Source: Haliotis cracherodii
Taxonomy: Eukaryota
DNA: 64,000 nt
NCBI RefSeq assembly: GCF_022045235.1
Contig: NW_027266267.1
Coordinates: 29,698,001 to 29,762,000 of the forward strand
Direction of reading: 5' to 3'
This document shows, in pieces, positions 28,901 through 43,900 of this stretch. Positions within the stretch are counted from its first letter, which is position 1; each line of letters opens with the position of its first letter. Under the pieces are notes generated by a model. The model ran no database searches. It was given only the letters and a program-made list of their open reading frames with translations, and was not told the DNA's origin. Position numbers and translations under genes: made by a program.

Positions 28901-31900
28901 GCAGGCCAAGGAGGCGCGGCAACGGACGATGTACGACAGACTCCACAAGTTCCAGATTAAACAGTCTAGTAAAAGCCTTAAGGTAACACAGCTCCTATTC
29001 CTAAAATTGTAACGCACTGGGTTTCAGCACACTTGCTCAGTGGGCAGTTTGTCCAATGCAACATAGTTGCAAAAAGTAGTCATTTCTCTTAAAAAAGTAA
29101 TTATAGCTAAAATGGATTGAATTATCATAAAAAATGCCTGCATGTTATTAGTAACCTGCATTTCCCCATCGACTGGCTGCAGTTCTATTGTTATCTGGCT
29201 CACATTTCTTGTCTGTGATGTCATCATACATTATGTTCTATGATGTTTCTAATGTAAATCAATGACCTCCATTGTGAGGTTTTTATACAGCAATGTATGC
29301 TGCTGTTTGTTGTCTTATTCATTTTGGCATTAGCTACAAATTCTGTACATTTCAGCTCTAATAACATTATTTTTGCAGAAGCACTTGGTCTGTTCAACTG
29401 CCATCCTTCATGGGGCAGATATAATGGCAGATCTCAGGCTTCTGCAAATGATAATGCCCTGAAATATAATGTTACCCTTATATTAATCTTCACCTGCATC
29501 AGTTTCTGGGAAACTGTATGTGAAGATCACAGGGAATTTGATAGTTTTGTTTCCTACCTGTAACCACCAGTAATTACGTTTTCTTACCAGTAAAATATAT
29601 CTGGAAAATTTCAGGTTCTGTCAGTCATTTGGATGGGCCAGAATAGTGTTGAAATACGGAACATATTTGGTCATCCTCATAACATGTTGCTAAGTAACAT
29701 AATGACTAATTTCATGATGTTTGTTTTATGTATTCCTCACAAACCCATGGCAATGAGCTATGACTGGTTTATGAGATCTCCACATGTAAGGGCATGGTTT
29801 TGATGTGATTGTGGCTACGTAACCTTCCCGTTTTCCCAGTGCCTGCAGCGCCACTTCTCAGCCTGGTACAAGGTTGTGCTGGACCGCCGCCTGCAGACCG
29901 GGAAGGCAAGGGCGCTGGCAGACTGGAAGCTGCTGCTCCGAGCCTGGAACGCCTGGAGGTCCTACTCCCGTACTCGGCGCCTGGATGTAGAGACGAGGCA
30001 ATTTCAACAGACAGTGCTGGATATGCATAGGTATGCACATCACTGAAAATGACTCCTTGTAAGTTTCCAGTACTAACAGGATGGTGTACACAGTGGCTGC
30101 TGTGTATTGAAGATACAAGTACCAGTACACCATCTACATGCCTTCATGAGTTGACTGTACACTAGAGATGTAGGAACCTCCATGAGTTGACTGTACAGTA
30201 GAGATGTACGTAGCTTCATGAGTTGACTGTACTGTACGATGTAGGTAGCTTCATGAGTTGACTGTATAGTAGAGATGTAGGTAGCTCCATGAGTTGACTG
30301 TGCAGTAGAGATGTAGGAACCTCCATGAGTTGACTGTACAGTAGAAATGTAGGTAGCTTCATGAGTTGACTGTACTGTACGGATGTAGGTAGCTTCATGA
30401 GTTGACTGTACAGTAGAGATATAGGTACCTCCATGAGTTGACTGTACAGTAGAGATATAGGTAGCTCCATGAGTTGACTGTACAGTAGAGATATAGGTAG
30501 CTCCATGAGTTGACTGTACAGTAGAGATGTAGGTACCTCCATGAGTTGACTGTACAGTAGAGATGTAGGTAGCTCCATGAGTTGACTGTACAGTAGAGAT
30601 ATAGGTAGCTCCATGAGTTGACTGTACAGTAGAGATATAGGTACCTCCATGAGTTGACTGTACAGTAGAGATATAGGTAGCTCCATGAGTTGACTGTACA
30701 GTAGAGATATAGGTAGCTCCATGAGTTGACTGTACAGTAGAGATATAGGTAGCTCCATGAGTTGACTGTACAGTAGAGATGTAGGTAGCTCCATGAGTTG
30801 ACTGTACAGTAGAGATGTAGGTACCTCCATGAGTTGACTGTACAGTAGGGATGTAGGTAGCTCCATGAGTTGACTGTACAGTAGAGATATAGGTAGCTCC
30901 ATGAGTTAACTGTACAGTAGAGATGTAGGTACCTCCATGAGTTGACTGTACAGTAGAGATATAGGTAGCTCCATGAGTTGACTGTACAGTAGAGATATAG
31001 GTTGCTCCATGAGGTGACTGTACAGTAGAGATGTATGTAGCTCCATGAGTTGACTGTACAGTAGGGATGTAGGTACCTCCATGAGTTGACTGTACCGTAG
31101 GGATGTAGGTAGCTCCATGAGTTGACTGTACAGTAGAGATATAGGTAGCTCCATGAGTTGACTGTACAGTAGAGATGTAGGTAGCTCCATGAGTTGACTG
31201 TACAGTAGAGATGTAGGTACCTCCATGAGTTGACTGTACAGTAGGGATGTAGGTAGCTTCATGAGTTGACTGTACAGTAGAGATGGAGGTAGCTCCATGA
31301 GTTGACCATACAGTAATTTAGAGTTGTCATGTTTCCAGGAAGCAGCAATTGGCAGAGCAGCATCACCACCTCACCTTGCTGCACCGCTATCTGACAGTGT
31401 GGCAGACCTATGTGCGGGCAGAGCAGGACCGACGCCATCTTCTGGCAGAGCAGAAGAACACACGGAACAAGATGATGGAGCTGCTGGACGCCGCGGCAAC
31501 TGGCAGGTTGTGGAGTGAGAGAGAGGCGGAGGACAGCAGGAGGAATGAAGGGGATACTGGGAGAAAGAAGAAAGGGGACAGAATTCCCAACTCAGAAATG
31601 GTGGTGGAGGATCTGGTTTGTAATATTGTGGAACTGAGCTGTCACATGTGGGTGAATGTTGGTGGAGTGAGTGCGATCTTCATATCCTCAAGTCTGAAAG
31701 AGAAAGACACCATTGGTTGTAGATTAGTTACGTCTTTTCAACTTGTCCGATCTTTTTTTTAAAAAATCCTAGAAGATGACATGCACCTCTCCCCTGTGTA
31801 GTGATAACACAGGAATGTCATCACTGAATGTGTGGCACGCAGCAGTGTGACCTAGAAGATGAAATACACCTAATGGTTGTAATACCATACTTACTCATGT

Positions 31901-34900
31901 TGACAGGAAGACTTCTTCAAGCAACCGACCAGAGACCATCAAGGTCCCACACAATCCGGCCCAGTATCAACCAGGAGTGACTCTTCACTGGCCAGTAACA
32001 AGTCTCGCCCAAACAGGATCCCCACCCAAGCATGGCAGGTAACACGACGTCATGTCAACCTGACAGATGAAGAGATTGCATGTCTTGCTGGTGGAGACAT
32101 GGAACAGAACTCCCAACATAGTGACACAAAAATAAGACGTCGGTTTGGCAAACAGCCATGGATGAATACACATTATGTTGTAAATAATTTTGAACATCGA
32201 TACACATCTCAACAAAAGATGTTGCATAATCAACATAAGCAGATAAAGGAACAACGTCGCATGATTGAAGAGTTGCAGTTCAATCAGAAACAACAGTTGC
32301 ATCAAGAAGAAGTTGCCAGGCAACAACTTATACAACAGCATCTTGCTAAGCAGGGGTTATCTCCCTTGTCTGACCAGCAGCGGGGCACAGAACCACAGTT
32401 AATGAATAATCTGACTCATGTCAGTCAACCACAGACTCAGTTTGTGTCCCAACAGCGGAATAATGTTTCGAAGGAGAAGGATACAAATATTGTCATGGAA
32501 ACTGCCAGAACTGATTCTACAGGACACAGCGCTGTGACTGCCAGGTAGGCTACAGTTTTAGAAGTGCTGGTCTGAGGACGAAGGTGTTGGAATGTGTTCA
32601 TTCAACACTTACCTCATCTGGTTGCCAGGGTTTCAGATCCGTTTATTTTCTAGGACACTGACTGATTATCATCCAAAAATAAGAAGTTTTTGCACATTTG
32701 GCTATAATATTATAAAAATGTCCTCATGCCATTTATCTCTTGCAAAATCACTGACTTCAGTCCAGCAATATATAATAAGTACTCTGAGATTCAGCCTGGG
32801 CTTTGAACATGATGGATACATATGGATTTACCAAGATGCAGGTGAAAAACTGGACTGTTCCCTATGACAGAGGAATCTGTCTAAACAGGAATCTGACTAA
32901 TCCAGTCCTCTGTCAATACCGGACAAAATATGCAGCACCTACTTTACTGCATTGACTGCATTCATTCCAGACTGAATTTTGGGACAGTGGACCAATTTAT
33001 CATGTTGTTGACATTCTCAACTCCGGATTCCAGACTGAATTTTGGGACAGTGGACCAATTTATCATGTAATTGACTTTCTCCACTCCGGATTCCGGACTG
33101 AAATTTTGGGACAGTGGACCAATTTATCATGTAATTGACGTTCTCAACTCCGGATTCCAGACTGAAATTTTGGGACAGTGGACCAATTTTTCATATAACT
33201 GATGTTCTCGGCTTGGGATACAATAGAGTTGTATTGAGTATAGTTGTTTAGAGCGTAATTTGATCCGAAATTCCATTTATAAATCTATCAAACATAGTAA
33301 ACAGTTGATAAGGCTTGAAAGTAAATATAATTATGGAGATAAAGTTTATTGGAACGTAGCATTTGTTTTATCTTCTACTTCTCCTGCTTGTCATGTGACC
33401 TCTTCTTTGAAAGGAATATAATTTCTGTCTGCACTGGACTGCTGTCTAGACCAGTCTTCAAGTTAAGGTTCCACGGAAGTCTGGTGAACACAGATTCCAC
33501 TGCACATTGAGAGATATTGCTGGTCAGAGAAAAATGCTTTCTTTAATCCATCTCTAGTTATGAAGCGTATTTAACCCAAGTGGATGTGAGGTCTGAACAT
33601 AGAGCCAACAGGGTTTCTCAGTGTGGGTGCACAGGCCTTGAAATAGATTGGAATGAGATGTTTGGCTTGAAAAATCTTTAAATTCTGCCTTGAAGAAGCC
33701 TGGAATTTGCTAATACAATTGTCTGAAGGCATGCATATCATATTTTGTCATGTAGATGTGAACATGGAATTGTGTAGAAAACTATCATGTTTCTTTGCAT
33801 CATACTTTGGAGATATTAGTTTAAAGAATTAGAGTTGCCTCCCTTCCTCTCTCAGAACTTGAGGAAATTCAGGATTCACTGTGGTCAGCAACAAACTGCA
33901 TCACTTAGGTGAAGTCTTGCCAGACAAACGTGGCCAATTAATTGTATGATAAAAGATATGACCTGTGAAGATGCGGGGTAGAATAGTTCTTCAGCAACCC
34001 ATGCTTACCGTAAAAAGCAACTATGCTTGTTGTAAAAGGTGACTAACGGGATCGGGTGGTCAGGCTCGCTGACTTGCTTGATGCATGTCATTGTATTCCG
34101 ATGCTCATGATGTTAAGCACTGGATTTTCTGGTCCAGGCTCCTCATATAGCTGTAATATTGCTGAGTGAGGCGTTAATCAACAAACAAAAGAAGAAAAAA
34201 ACCCGATAAAAGATACCCAACATAGTTATTTACAGTTGTAACACTATTACCTGTTATAGTATTTTTTAAACAAAGCAGTTATTTTTATTATGTGGTATTT
34301 CTCTTAACATAACCTGGAAATCACAGTTACATGTATCGTTTTTTATTAATTCCTGCCATCTATCAGTGATTTGGTTGAGAATTTCAGTGTGGTTATCGAG
34401 CATTATGTTTGGTGACTGAAAGTTGTTGTTTCTGAACTTTGTTCTCTGATCTCTGATTGTGGTTTAATTTTGTACCACCTTACGTCCTGTGCAGACACCA
34501 CACAGCAGATGTTGCTGAAGCCTATCATTGCTGTTAGCTGAAGGTGGAGGATGTTGTCTCCAATTTTAAAGTGGGCACAGTGACTACCACGATGTGTTTA
34601 TGCTACTGTTAACTTTGTCCGACATATAACTGCATGTATTCTAGCATGTGTGTGTGATGACAAATTGAAATGTGTATCGCCAGCTGTGAGTAGTAACAGT
34701 TGTGACAAATCATGGACAGTATACGTGTACTCACGAAGGCGTGGCAGGAGTCACTATTTAGTCTGTCGCTTGACAAAAACAAAGTGCCATTCCTGCCCCA
34801 AACTTGTTAATTCACAACCTGGATATTGTGAGTAGTGCCATGCATCTTTATTCTGACTTTAAGTAGCAGTTTTTGATGTAACCAGGATGTGCCGCCATGT

Positions 34901-37900
34901 TTTACTACTACATACTCATGATGTGTTATTTGTCAATAAAGATTTCCATTTCAATTGGGTTTAAAGATAAGTGCATTAATGGTTCAACACTTTGTTTAAC
35001 TTGCAGTGTTTGATGTGTGAGGAAAGGTCCTAGATACACTTGCAGTGTTTGATGTGTGAGGAAAGGTTCTTGATACACTTGCAGTGTTTGATGTGTGAGG
35101 AAAGGTTCTAGATACACTTGCAGTGTTTGATGTGTGAGGAAAGGTTCTAGATACACTTGCAGTGTTTGATGTGTGAGGAAAGGTTCTAGATACACTTGCA
35201 GTGTTTGATGTGTGAGGAAAGGTTCTAGATACACTTGCAGTGTTTGATGTGTGAGGAAAGGTTCTAGATACACTTGCAGTGTTTGATGTGTGAGGAAAGG
35301 TTCTAGATACACTTGCAGTGTTTGATGTGTGAGGAAAGGTTCTAGATACACTTGCACTTCCAAATGTTAATGTGGCATATGCCAACTTCCAGATAAATGT
35401 ACAAAATTCTACAAAAGTCAAAATTCTGTAAAATCAAAGTTGGGACAGAGTCCAAGGTTCGAGATAGCATTATGTATTTTTATGTCAATTTCAAGTGATT
35501 AAGTGGGCAAATTTATATGTATTCATATGTCGGCACCAGAGAATAGGTTCAAGATATCAGTACATTCAAGATAATGAGATTCATCTGTCATAGTGATATG
35601 GAAGCGTACTAGCTCCCCCAAAGCAGGTTGTATTATAATAGTTGCTGTGGTTGTATCTGTGTAGAACTGGTGTGAGCAGCCTCCCCACTGATCGGACGTC
35701 AACCTCTGGCTCAACGGCAAAGTCCAGCACCAAATATCTACAAGTGCTGAAAAGTAGGTACAAGTGGTGTTGTAAAACACAGAGACGCCCTGACCTCATA
35801 AACAGATATTTATATATTTTTTAACCAACCGATCCACACAATGTTAAGCCAAATTTATATTTTTTTAACTTATCCTGCATTACTTCTTAATGCATTAACT
35901 GCTGTTTTCTGACAGAAAGACGAACTGTGTGAGATCCAGCTGCTAAAGAAAAGTTGTTCCAACCAGAACAGCACCCTCGCACAGTCGGCACGTGACCCAG
36001 AAGTTATGACGTCACATCAAAACACATAAATGCTTTGTCAACCTCCACGGACAGACGTACTTTGTATCCCTTATGGAAATTATTGCTAATTGTTTCTTAT
36101 GCTTTCATCGTATGCTGCTACATTGTTACCTGTTTATGGTCTGTTAATGTACGACGCCCTGTACTTTAACAACACAGTGCCAATATTGCAGTCCTTTGTC
36201 CCCTTTGTCACTCAATTAGCTCGTCGACACCCTAACCTGGCTAACAACTCAGAGACTCCCTTCCTCGTCACGACCGACACCCATTTGTGGTCTTCTACGC
36301 TTCCCTTGCCGAAGCCTTTATCAACAACATCGTCCCCTCCTCCGGTGACTACCATTACGGGACTGGCTTTTCCGCCTCCTCTGCCATCTATGTCGACAGC
36401 AGCATCGCAGCCGGCGGTCCTGGTGCTCCTGACGTTACCAGCACTCCCGACAACACCGGCACCCTCGGTTTCAACGGCTCCTTCAGTGCCACCGGTGCCT
36501 GTGTATCTCAGGTTTTGCTTTGCCCCTCCAGCAGCTCCGTAACCCTGTTGTTATAAGCCCCATGCTTTAGGAGAGATGACCTGCAAGTTCACTCCTTTGA
36601 CGTGGCTGAAGGAGCTCACAGTTGAAGCCAGTTCTTCAAAGCCTCCTGAGATATGTGCTACCTTCGTCATAGGCTACCGGGTACCCACTTCTTGGGTTAA
36701 CTGGTCAGAACAAGGTGTCTCTAATATCACAGTGATGATTTTTGCACTACACCAGCCCTGTTATCCGCCGACGACATCTTCTGTCTTTTTCGTCAACAGC
36801 GCCGGCACCAACACTCCTCTATCCTGCCCTAGCGCCAACGTTCCTCAAAGAGGCTCTTCAACCACGCTCCCGTTTTTTCCGCAGCGTTCCCGGTGCTCCT
36901 TTTTCGCAGAACTTGGGTTCACCACTTGTTTGTCTTCCACACAGTTCATTGGGGATTATCTGTATGTGGACATTGCATCTCTTTTCCGGCTGCAATGCGG
37001 TTTTCTCGGCTATTTCACAGGGTGTCACGTGTCAAGAGTGTAAACATCTCCGACCTAAATTAGGGTGACTGACCTAATGAGAGCAGTGTAATGTATTTCT
37101 TCAGATTGCTTTGCATGCTTACTTGTACGCAACCACTGAACCAGACGCCTGTCGTATTCCATCCATGTGCAGAGGATGGAAATGGTAGACCTCCTATACC
37201 AACAAGTCGGTCGCGGGGCAACACATTTCATCAACCCCACTCGCTCTGAGAACGGGAGCGCTTATAATGTGTTCAGGGGATGGAAAAGATTACCTTACTT
37301 CAGCCTGGGCTATCAGATACAGCGTCGATTTGCTAATTCTTCCTACGGCCATTCCATCAACCCCAGTTGACTACATGCCGAGTATTGTGTTGCCTTCCTT
37401 CATCATCACCTCGATATACGAACGGGAACGCTTATACAACCCTCAGGGGATGGAAGCAATCGCATTACTTTGTGCAGTACAATCTTTCTGACCAAAGACT
37501 TATACCTATTTAGATACAGGGTCGATTTTATGACTCTTACCACAACCGTTCCGTCACCCTCTGCTGTCTACATGCGGAGTAATGAGTGCTTATCTAACAC
37601 CCAGGTGATGGAACTGGTCACCTTACGTTGTATGTGCGATCTTCCAGAACCAGTTTTCCAGATATCCACCTTATCTTATGGATATAGCTTCGACTTCTGA
37701 CTAAACAGTTAAGTCGTTGCATCGGCGGTGAATTATGAAACATCTGTTAGTGTGTAAAATTCTAAGAATACTACCTGTAGTACATCAGGAATTAATCCCT
37801 CCCGCCTTCCATAACCTGCATCTGGTTGATGAGGGTCATGTGTTAAAAGAAGTGAAGTTTTCCTGCTTCGTGCATGCGCAGTAGCATTTCCTCTAAAGTA

Positions 37901-40900
37901 TAGGGTTTTCCTCACAGCTATTACATATGTTGGCAGTGAGGAAAGACGTCTGTTTAAATTCTAAACGTTTTTGAGTGTGATTGATGGCCCAAACACATGA
38001 CTGTGATGTAATAGAGGAAGTATTATTTGAATTTTACACAATGATAACAATTGTTTGATATGTAATGCCGCTGAGATATGACCTGAATATTGCTGAATGG
38101 GGCATAAGACCAAACTCATTCACTCACTGAAAATAAAAAGATCACCCCCATCCCACACACTCCCCAATTTTCCCTCCAACCCAGCCAGATTTTATATTCC
38201 CCACCACAGTTTGGTTGGGCATTTTGGAAGGCATCCGTTCTTCCACTTCTCAAAGGCGACCAAAAAAATTCAAAAACTATTTAAATTGCGGAAATCAAAT
38301 TTAAAACACTGATGTTACTACTCACAACTTCAAATGACTTTGAACATTGGTGTCTTAAATTCATTTATAACAGAGTCAAGGCCCTTGCTTCATGTGTTTT
38401 CACTTAGTGCATTGTGTCTGCAATGTGGGGACACATTTTCATAGAAACTATTGAAGTTGCATGAATAAAACTTTGCAGGCTTATGTAAGAGATACTTATT
38501 AAGACTGAGTTAAAAAAGTGGTGCCATCAATTTTTCTTTTCCAGAGGTACATCCCTGTTACATGTATTTGTACAGAGTTAAGGCCCATGCTAACAACATT
38601 AACATCCATATTATTCACTACTTCAAGAACAAACAAACTTCTAATGTGCTCTGTGGCAGGGGATAGTGATAATACTGTTTTCTTGTTTGATGTTACTTCA
38701 CATACATCTTATACACAACAGTACTGAGATGGTGAGTGTGTGTTGTAGACATGGAGGACCGGGCAGAGGAGAGGAAGAGGCTGAAGGCAGACAGAGATGC
38801 CAGGAGGAAGAAGGAGGAAGAGGAGAGACTGGTGAGCAGGGTCACACTCATCATGTGCTGGTGGGGAGTGGATGGACAATCTTCACCTCACAGCTTGTAT
38901 TGGAAGGGTATTTGTGTGGTATCGACTGACTGGGAAGGCACATGTGTTCTCAGGCAGTCAGTACACACTGTACAATGGCAGTGTGGACTCGAGATCCATA
39001 TTCTTTCTGATCATGATTTTTGGTGTGTCAAAACTGTTGATTGGTTTCACCAAAGTGGTAAATGTCTGCATCACTTGCATGATTAGAAAACACATTCCGA
39101 CTGTCACTTTCATGATCTGGTAAGCGACACTTGGTCGGGTGAAAGGTCACCTTGTAATGAAACAAATGCCTTGGAACTAAATTGGATTGTATGGTAACTA
39201 TATTGCAAGCGATTCCATGTCATTTGATTGGCTATACAAGCAAATTTATTTGTTTGTGTTTATGCATTCTTGTGTTGATGTATTTGTACATGATGCTATG
39301 GGTGCTGCTGTGTTGTACATGTTGCTGTGGGTGCTGCTGTGTTGTACATGTTGCTGTAGGTGCTGCGGTGTCCTACATGTTGCTGTAGGTGCTGCTGTGA
39401 TGTACATGTTTCTGTAGGTGCTGCTGTGTTGCACATGATGCTGTGGGTGCCGCTGTGTTGTACATGTTGATGTGGGTACCGCTGTGTTGTACATGTTGCT
39501 GTAGGTATTAGTGTGTTGTACATGTTGCTGTAGGTATTAGTGTGTTGTACATGTTGCTGTAGGTGCTGCTGTGTTGTACATGTTGCTGTAGGTGCTGCTG
39601 TGTTGTACATGTTGCTGTAGGTGCTGCTGTGTTGCACATGATGCTGTGGGTGCCGCTGTGTTGTACATGTTGATGTGGGTACCGCTGTGTTGTACATGTT
39701 GCTGTAGGTATTAGTGTGTTGTACATGTTGCTGTAGGTATTAGTGTGTTGTACATGTTGCTGTAAGTGCTGCTGTGTTGTACATGTTGCTGTAGGTATTA
39801 GTGTGTTGTACATGTTGCTGTAGGTATTAGTGTGTTGTACATGTTGCTGTAGGTGCTGCTGTGTTGTACATGTTGCTGTAGGTATTAGTGTGTTGTACAT
39901 GTTGCTGTAAGTGCTGCTGTGTTGTACATGTTGCTGTAGGTATTAGTGTGTTGTACATGTTGCTGTAGGTATTAGTGTGTTGTACATGATGCTGTAGGTG
40001 CTGCTGTGTTGTACATGTTGCTGTAGGTGCTGCTGTGTTGTACATGTTGCTGTAGGTGCTGTGTTGTACATGTTGCTGTAGGTGCTGCTGTGTTGTACAT
40101 GTTGCTGTAGGTGCTGCGGTGTCCTACATGTTGCTGTAGGTGCTGCTGTGATGTACATGTTTCTGTAGGTGCTGCTGTGTTGCACATGATGCTGTGGGTG
40201 CCGCTGTGTTGTACATGTTGATGTGGGTACCGCTGTGTTGTACATGTTGCTGTAGGTATTAGTGTGTTGTACATGTTGCTGTAGGTATTAGTGTGTTGTA
40301 CATGTTGCTGTAGGTGCTGCTGTGTTGTACATGTTGCTGTAGGTGCTGCTGTGTTGTACATGTTGCTGTAGGTGCTGCTGTGTTGCACATGATGCTGTGG
40401 GTGCCGCTGTGTTGTACATGTTGATGTGGGTACCGCTGTGTTGTACATGTTGCTGTAGGTATTAGTGTGTTGTACATGTTGCTGTAGGTATTAGTGTGTT
40501 GTACATGTTGCTGTAAGTGCTGCTGTGTTGTACATGTTGCTGTAGGTATTAGTGTGTTGTACATGTTGCTGTAGGTATTAGTGTGTTGTACATGTTGCTG
40601 TAGGTGCTGCTGTGTTGTACATGTTGCTGTAGGTATTAGTGTGTTGTACATGTTGCTGTAAGTGCTGCTGTGTTGTACATGTTGCTGTAGGTATTAGTGT
40701 GTTGTACATGTTGCTGTAAGTGCTGCTGTGTTGTACATGTTGCTGTAGGTATTAGTGTGTTGTACATGTTGCTGTAGGTGCAGCTGTGTTGTACATGTTG
40801 CTGTAGGTGCTGCTGTGTTGTACATGTTGCTGTAGGTATTAGTGTGTTGTACCTGTTGCTGTAGGTATTAGTGTGTTGTACATGTTGCTGTAGGTATTAG

Positions 40901-43900
40901 TGTGTTGTACATGTTGCTGTGGGTGCTGCTGTGTTGTACATGTTGCTGTAGGTGCTGCTGTGTTGTACATGATGCTATGGGTGCTGCTGTGTTGTACATG
41001 TTGCTGTGGGTGCTGCTGTGTTGTACATGTTGCTGTAGGTGCTGCGGTGTCCTACATGTTGCTGTAGGTGCTGCTGTGATGTACATGTTTCTGTAGGTGC
41101 TGCTGTGTTGCACATGATGCTGTGGGTGCCGCTGTGTTGTACATGTTGATGTGGGTACCGCTGTGTTGTACATGTTGCTGTAGGTATTAGTGTGTTGTAC
41201 ATGTTGCTGTAGGTATTAGTGTGTTGTACATGTTGCTGTAGGTGCTGCTGTGTTGTACATGTTGCTGTAGGTGCTGCTGTGTTGTACATGTTGCTGTAGG
41301 TGCTGCTGTGTTGCACATGATGCTGTGGGTGCCGCTGTGTTGTACATGTTGATGTGGGTACCGCTGTGTTGTACATGTTGCTGTAGGTATTAGTGTGTTG
41401 TACATGTTGCTGTAGGTATTAGTGTGTTGTACATGTTGCTGTAAGTGCTGCTGTGTTGTACATGTTGCTGTAGGTATTAGTGTGTTGTACATGTTGCTGT
41501 AGGTATTAGTGTGTTGTACATGTTGCTGTAGGTGCTGCTGTGTTGTACATGTTGCTGTAGGTATTAGTGTGTTGTACATGTTGCTGTAAGTGCTGCTGTG
41601 TTGTACATGTTGCTGTAGGTATTAGTGTGTTGTACATGTTGCTGTAGGTATTAGTGTGTTGTACATGATGCTGTAGGTGCTGCTGTGTTGTACATGTTGC
41701 TGTAGGTATAAGTGTGTTGTACATGTTGCTGTAGGTGCTGTGTTGTACATGTTGCTGTAGGTGCTGCTGTGTTGTACATGTTGCTGTAGGTGCTGCGGTG
41801 TCCTACATGTTGCTGTAGGTGCTGCTGTGATGTACATGTTTCTGTAGGTGCTGCTGTGTTGCACATGATGCTGTGGGTGCCGCTGTGTTGTACATGTTGA
41901 TGTGGGTACCGCTGTGTTGTACATGTTGCTGTAGGTATTAGTGTGTTGTACATGTTGCTGTAGGTATTAGTGTGTTGTACATGTTGCTGTAGGTGCTGCT
42001 GTGTTGTACATGTTGCTGTAGGTGCTGCTGTGTTGTACATGTTGCTGTAGGTGCTGCTGTGTTGCACATGATGCTGTGGGTGCCGCTGTGTTGTACATGT
42101 TGATGTGGGTACCGCTGTGTTGTACATGTTGCTGTAGGTATTAGTGTGTTGTACATGTTGCTGTAGGTATTAGTGTGTTGTACATGTTGCTGTAAGTGCT
42201 GCTGTGTTGTACATGTTGCTGTAGGTATTAGTGTGTTGTACATGTTGCTGTAGGTATTAGTGTGTTGTACATGTTGCTGTAGGTGCTGCTGTGTTGTACA
42301 TGTTGCTGTAGGTATTAGTGTGTTGTACATGTTGCTGTAAGTGCTGCTGTGTTGTACATGTTGCTGTAGGTATTAGTGTGTTGTACATGTTGCTGTAAGT
42401 GCTGCTGTGTTGTACATGTTGCTGTAGGTATTAGTGTGTTGTACATGTTGCTGTAGGTGCAGCTGTGTTGTACATGTTGCTGTAGGTGCTGCTGTGTTGT
42501 ACATGTTGCTGTAGGTATTAGTGTGTTGTACCTGTTGCTGTAGGTATTAGTGTGTTGTACATGTTGCTGTAGGTGCTGCTGTGTTGTACATGTTGCTGTA
42601 GGTGCTGCTGTGTTGTACATGTTTCTGTAGGTATTAATGTGTTGTACATGTTGCTGTAGGTGCTGCTGTGTTGTACATGATGCTGTGGGTGCTGCTGTGT
42701 TGTACATGTTGCTGTGGGTGCTGCTGTGTTGTACATGATGCTGTGGGTGCAGCTGTGTTGTACATGTTGCTGTAGGTGCTGCTGTGTTGTACATGTTGTT
42801 GTAGGTGCAGCTGTGTTGTACATGATGCTGTAGGTGCTGCTGTGTTGTACATGTTGCTGTAGGTGCAGCTGTGTTGTACATGATGCTGTGGGTGCTGCTG
42901 TGTTGTACATGTTGCTGTAGGTATTAGTGTGTTGTACATGTTGCTGTAGGTGCAGATGTGTTGTACATGTTGCTGTAGGTGCTGCTGTGTTGTACATGTT
43001 GCTGTAGGTGCTGCTGTGTTGTACAAGATGCTGTGGGTGCTGCTGTGTTGTACATGTTGCTGTAGGTGCTGCTGTGTTGTACATGTTGCTGTAGGTATTA
43101 GTGTGTTGTACATGTTGCTGTAGGTGCAGCTGTGTTGTACATGTTGCTGTAGGTATTAGTGTGTTGTACATGTTGCTGTAGGTATTAGTGTGTTGTACAT
43201 GTTGCTGTAGGTGCTGCTGTGTTGTACATGTTGCTGTAGGTGCTGCTGTTGTTGTTGTAGGTGCTGCTGGAGGCCCAGGAGGAGGAGATGAAGAAGCAGG
43301 CCGAAGAGGAGAAGAAGGCACGTGCTGCAGCCTTCAGGGAGAAGAAGAGGCTGGAGAAGCAGGTAGCACCGTACACTCAGTAAAACAGTATCCAGTGCTT
43401 CTTTACTCAGCAGGAATGCATGTTTTTCTGTGTTGAAGTTCTTTATGCAGCATGTGAAATGAGATATGAACAGCATGTGTATGCTATGCATATCAGTTTT
43501 CTATTTGATACACAACATGATTGTTAAAGTCACAAGGACCAATTGTTTAGCATAGGGCAAACTTCATGTTTGAATGAAATGTCCCATCTAGAATGCTGCT
43601 AAGAGACATGTCTGACTCTAGTCCTGCCCCTGATGAGCCTGCTAAGTATTGTCTCTGTTCCGGCCAGCGTGAGGTGGAGAAGCAGCACCAGACAGGGAGG
43701 ATGAGGGAGCTGACACAGCAGGCAGAGGCTCACTACACTCGGTCCATCATGAAGTACCGCGGCATCAGGCCGCTCCAGAAGTTGGTGCTCATCGCCCAAG
43801 CACACCAGCAGCAGGCCATCTCACACCACAGGGAACACCTCATGAGGTTTGTTACAGTCATTGAATGGACTCACTACACTATTTACCTCCTGGCAACCTA

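Noticed and set aside
39246-43321. Many T/Q/H-rich minus-strand ORFs
   Set aside because: Frames of the 29-bp satellite
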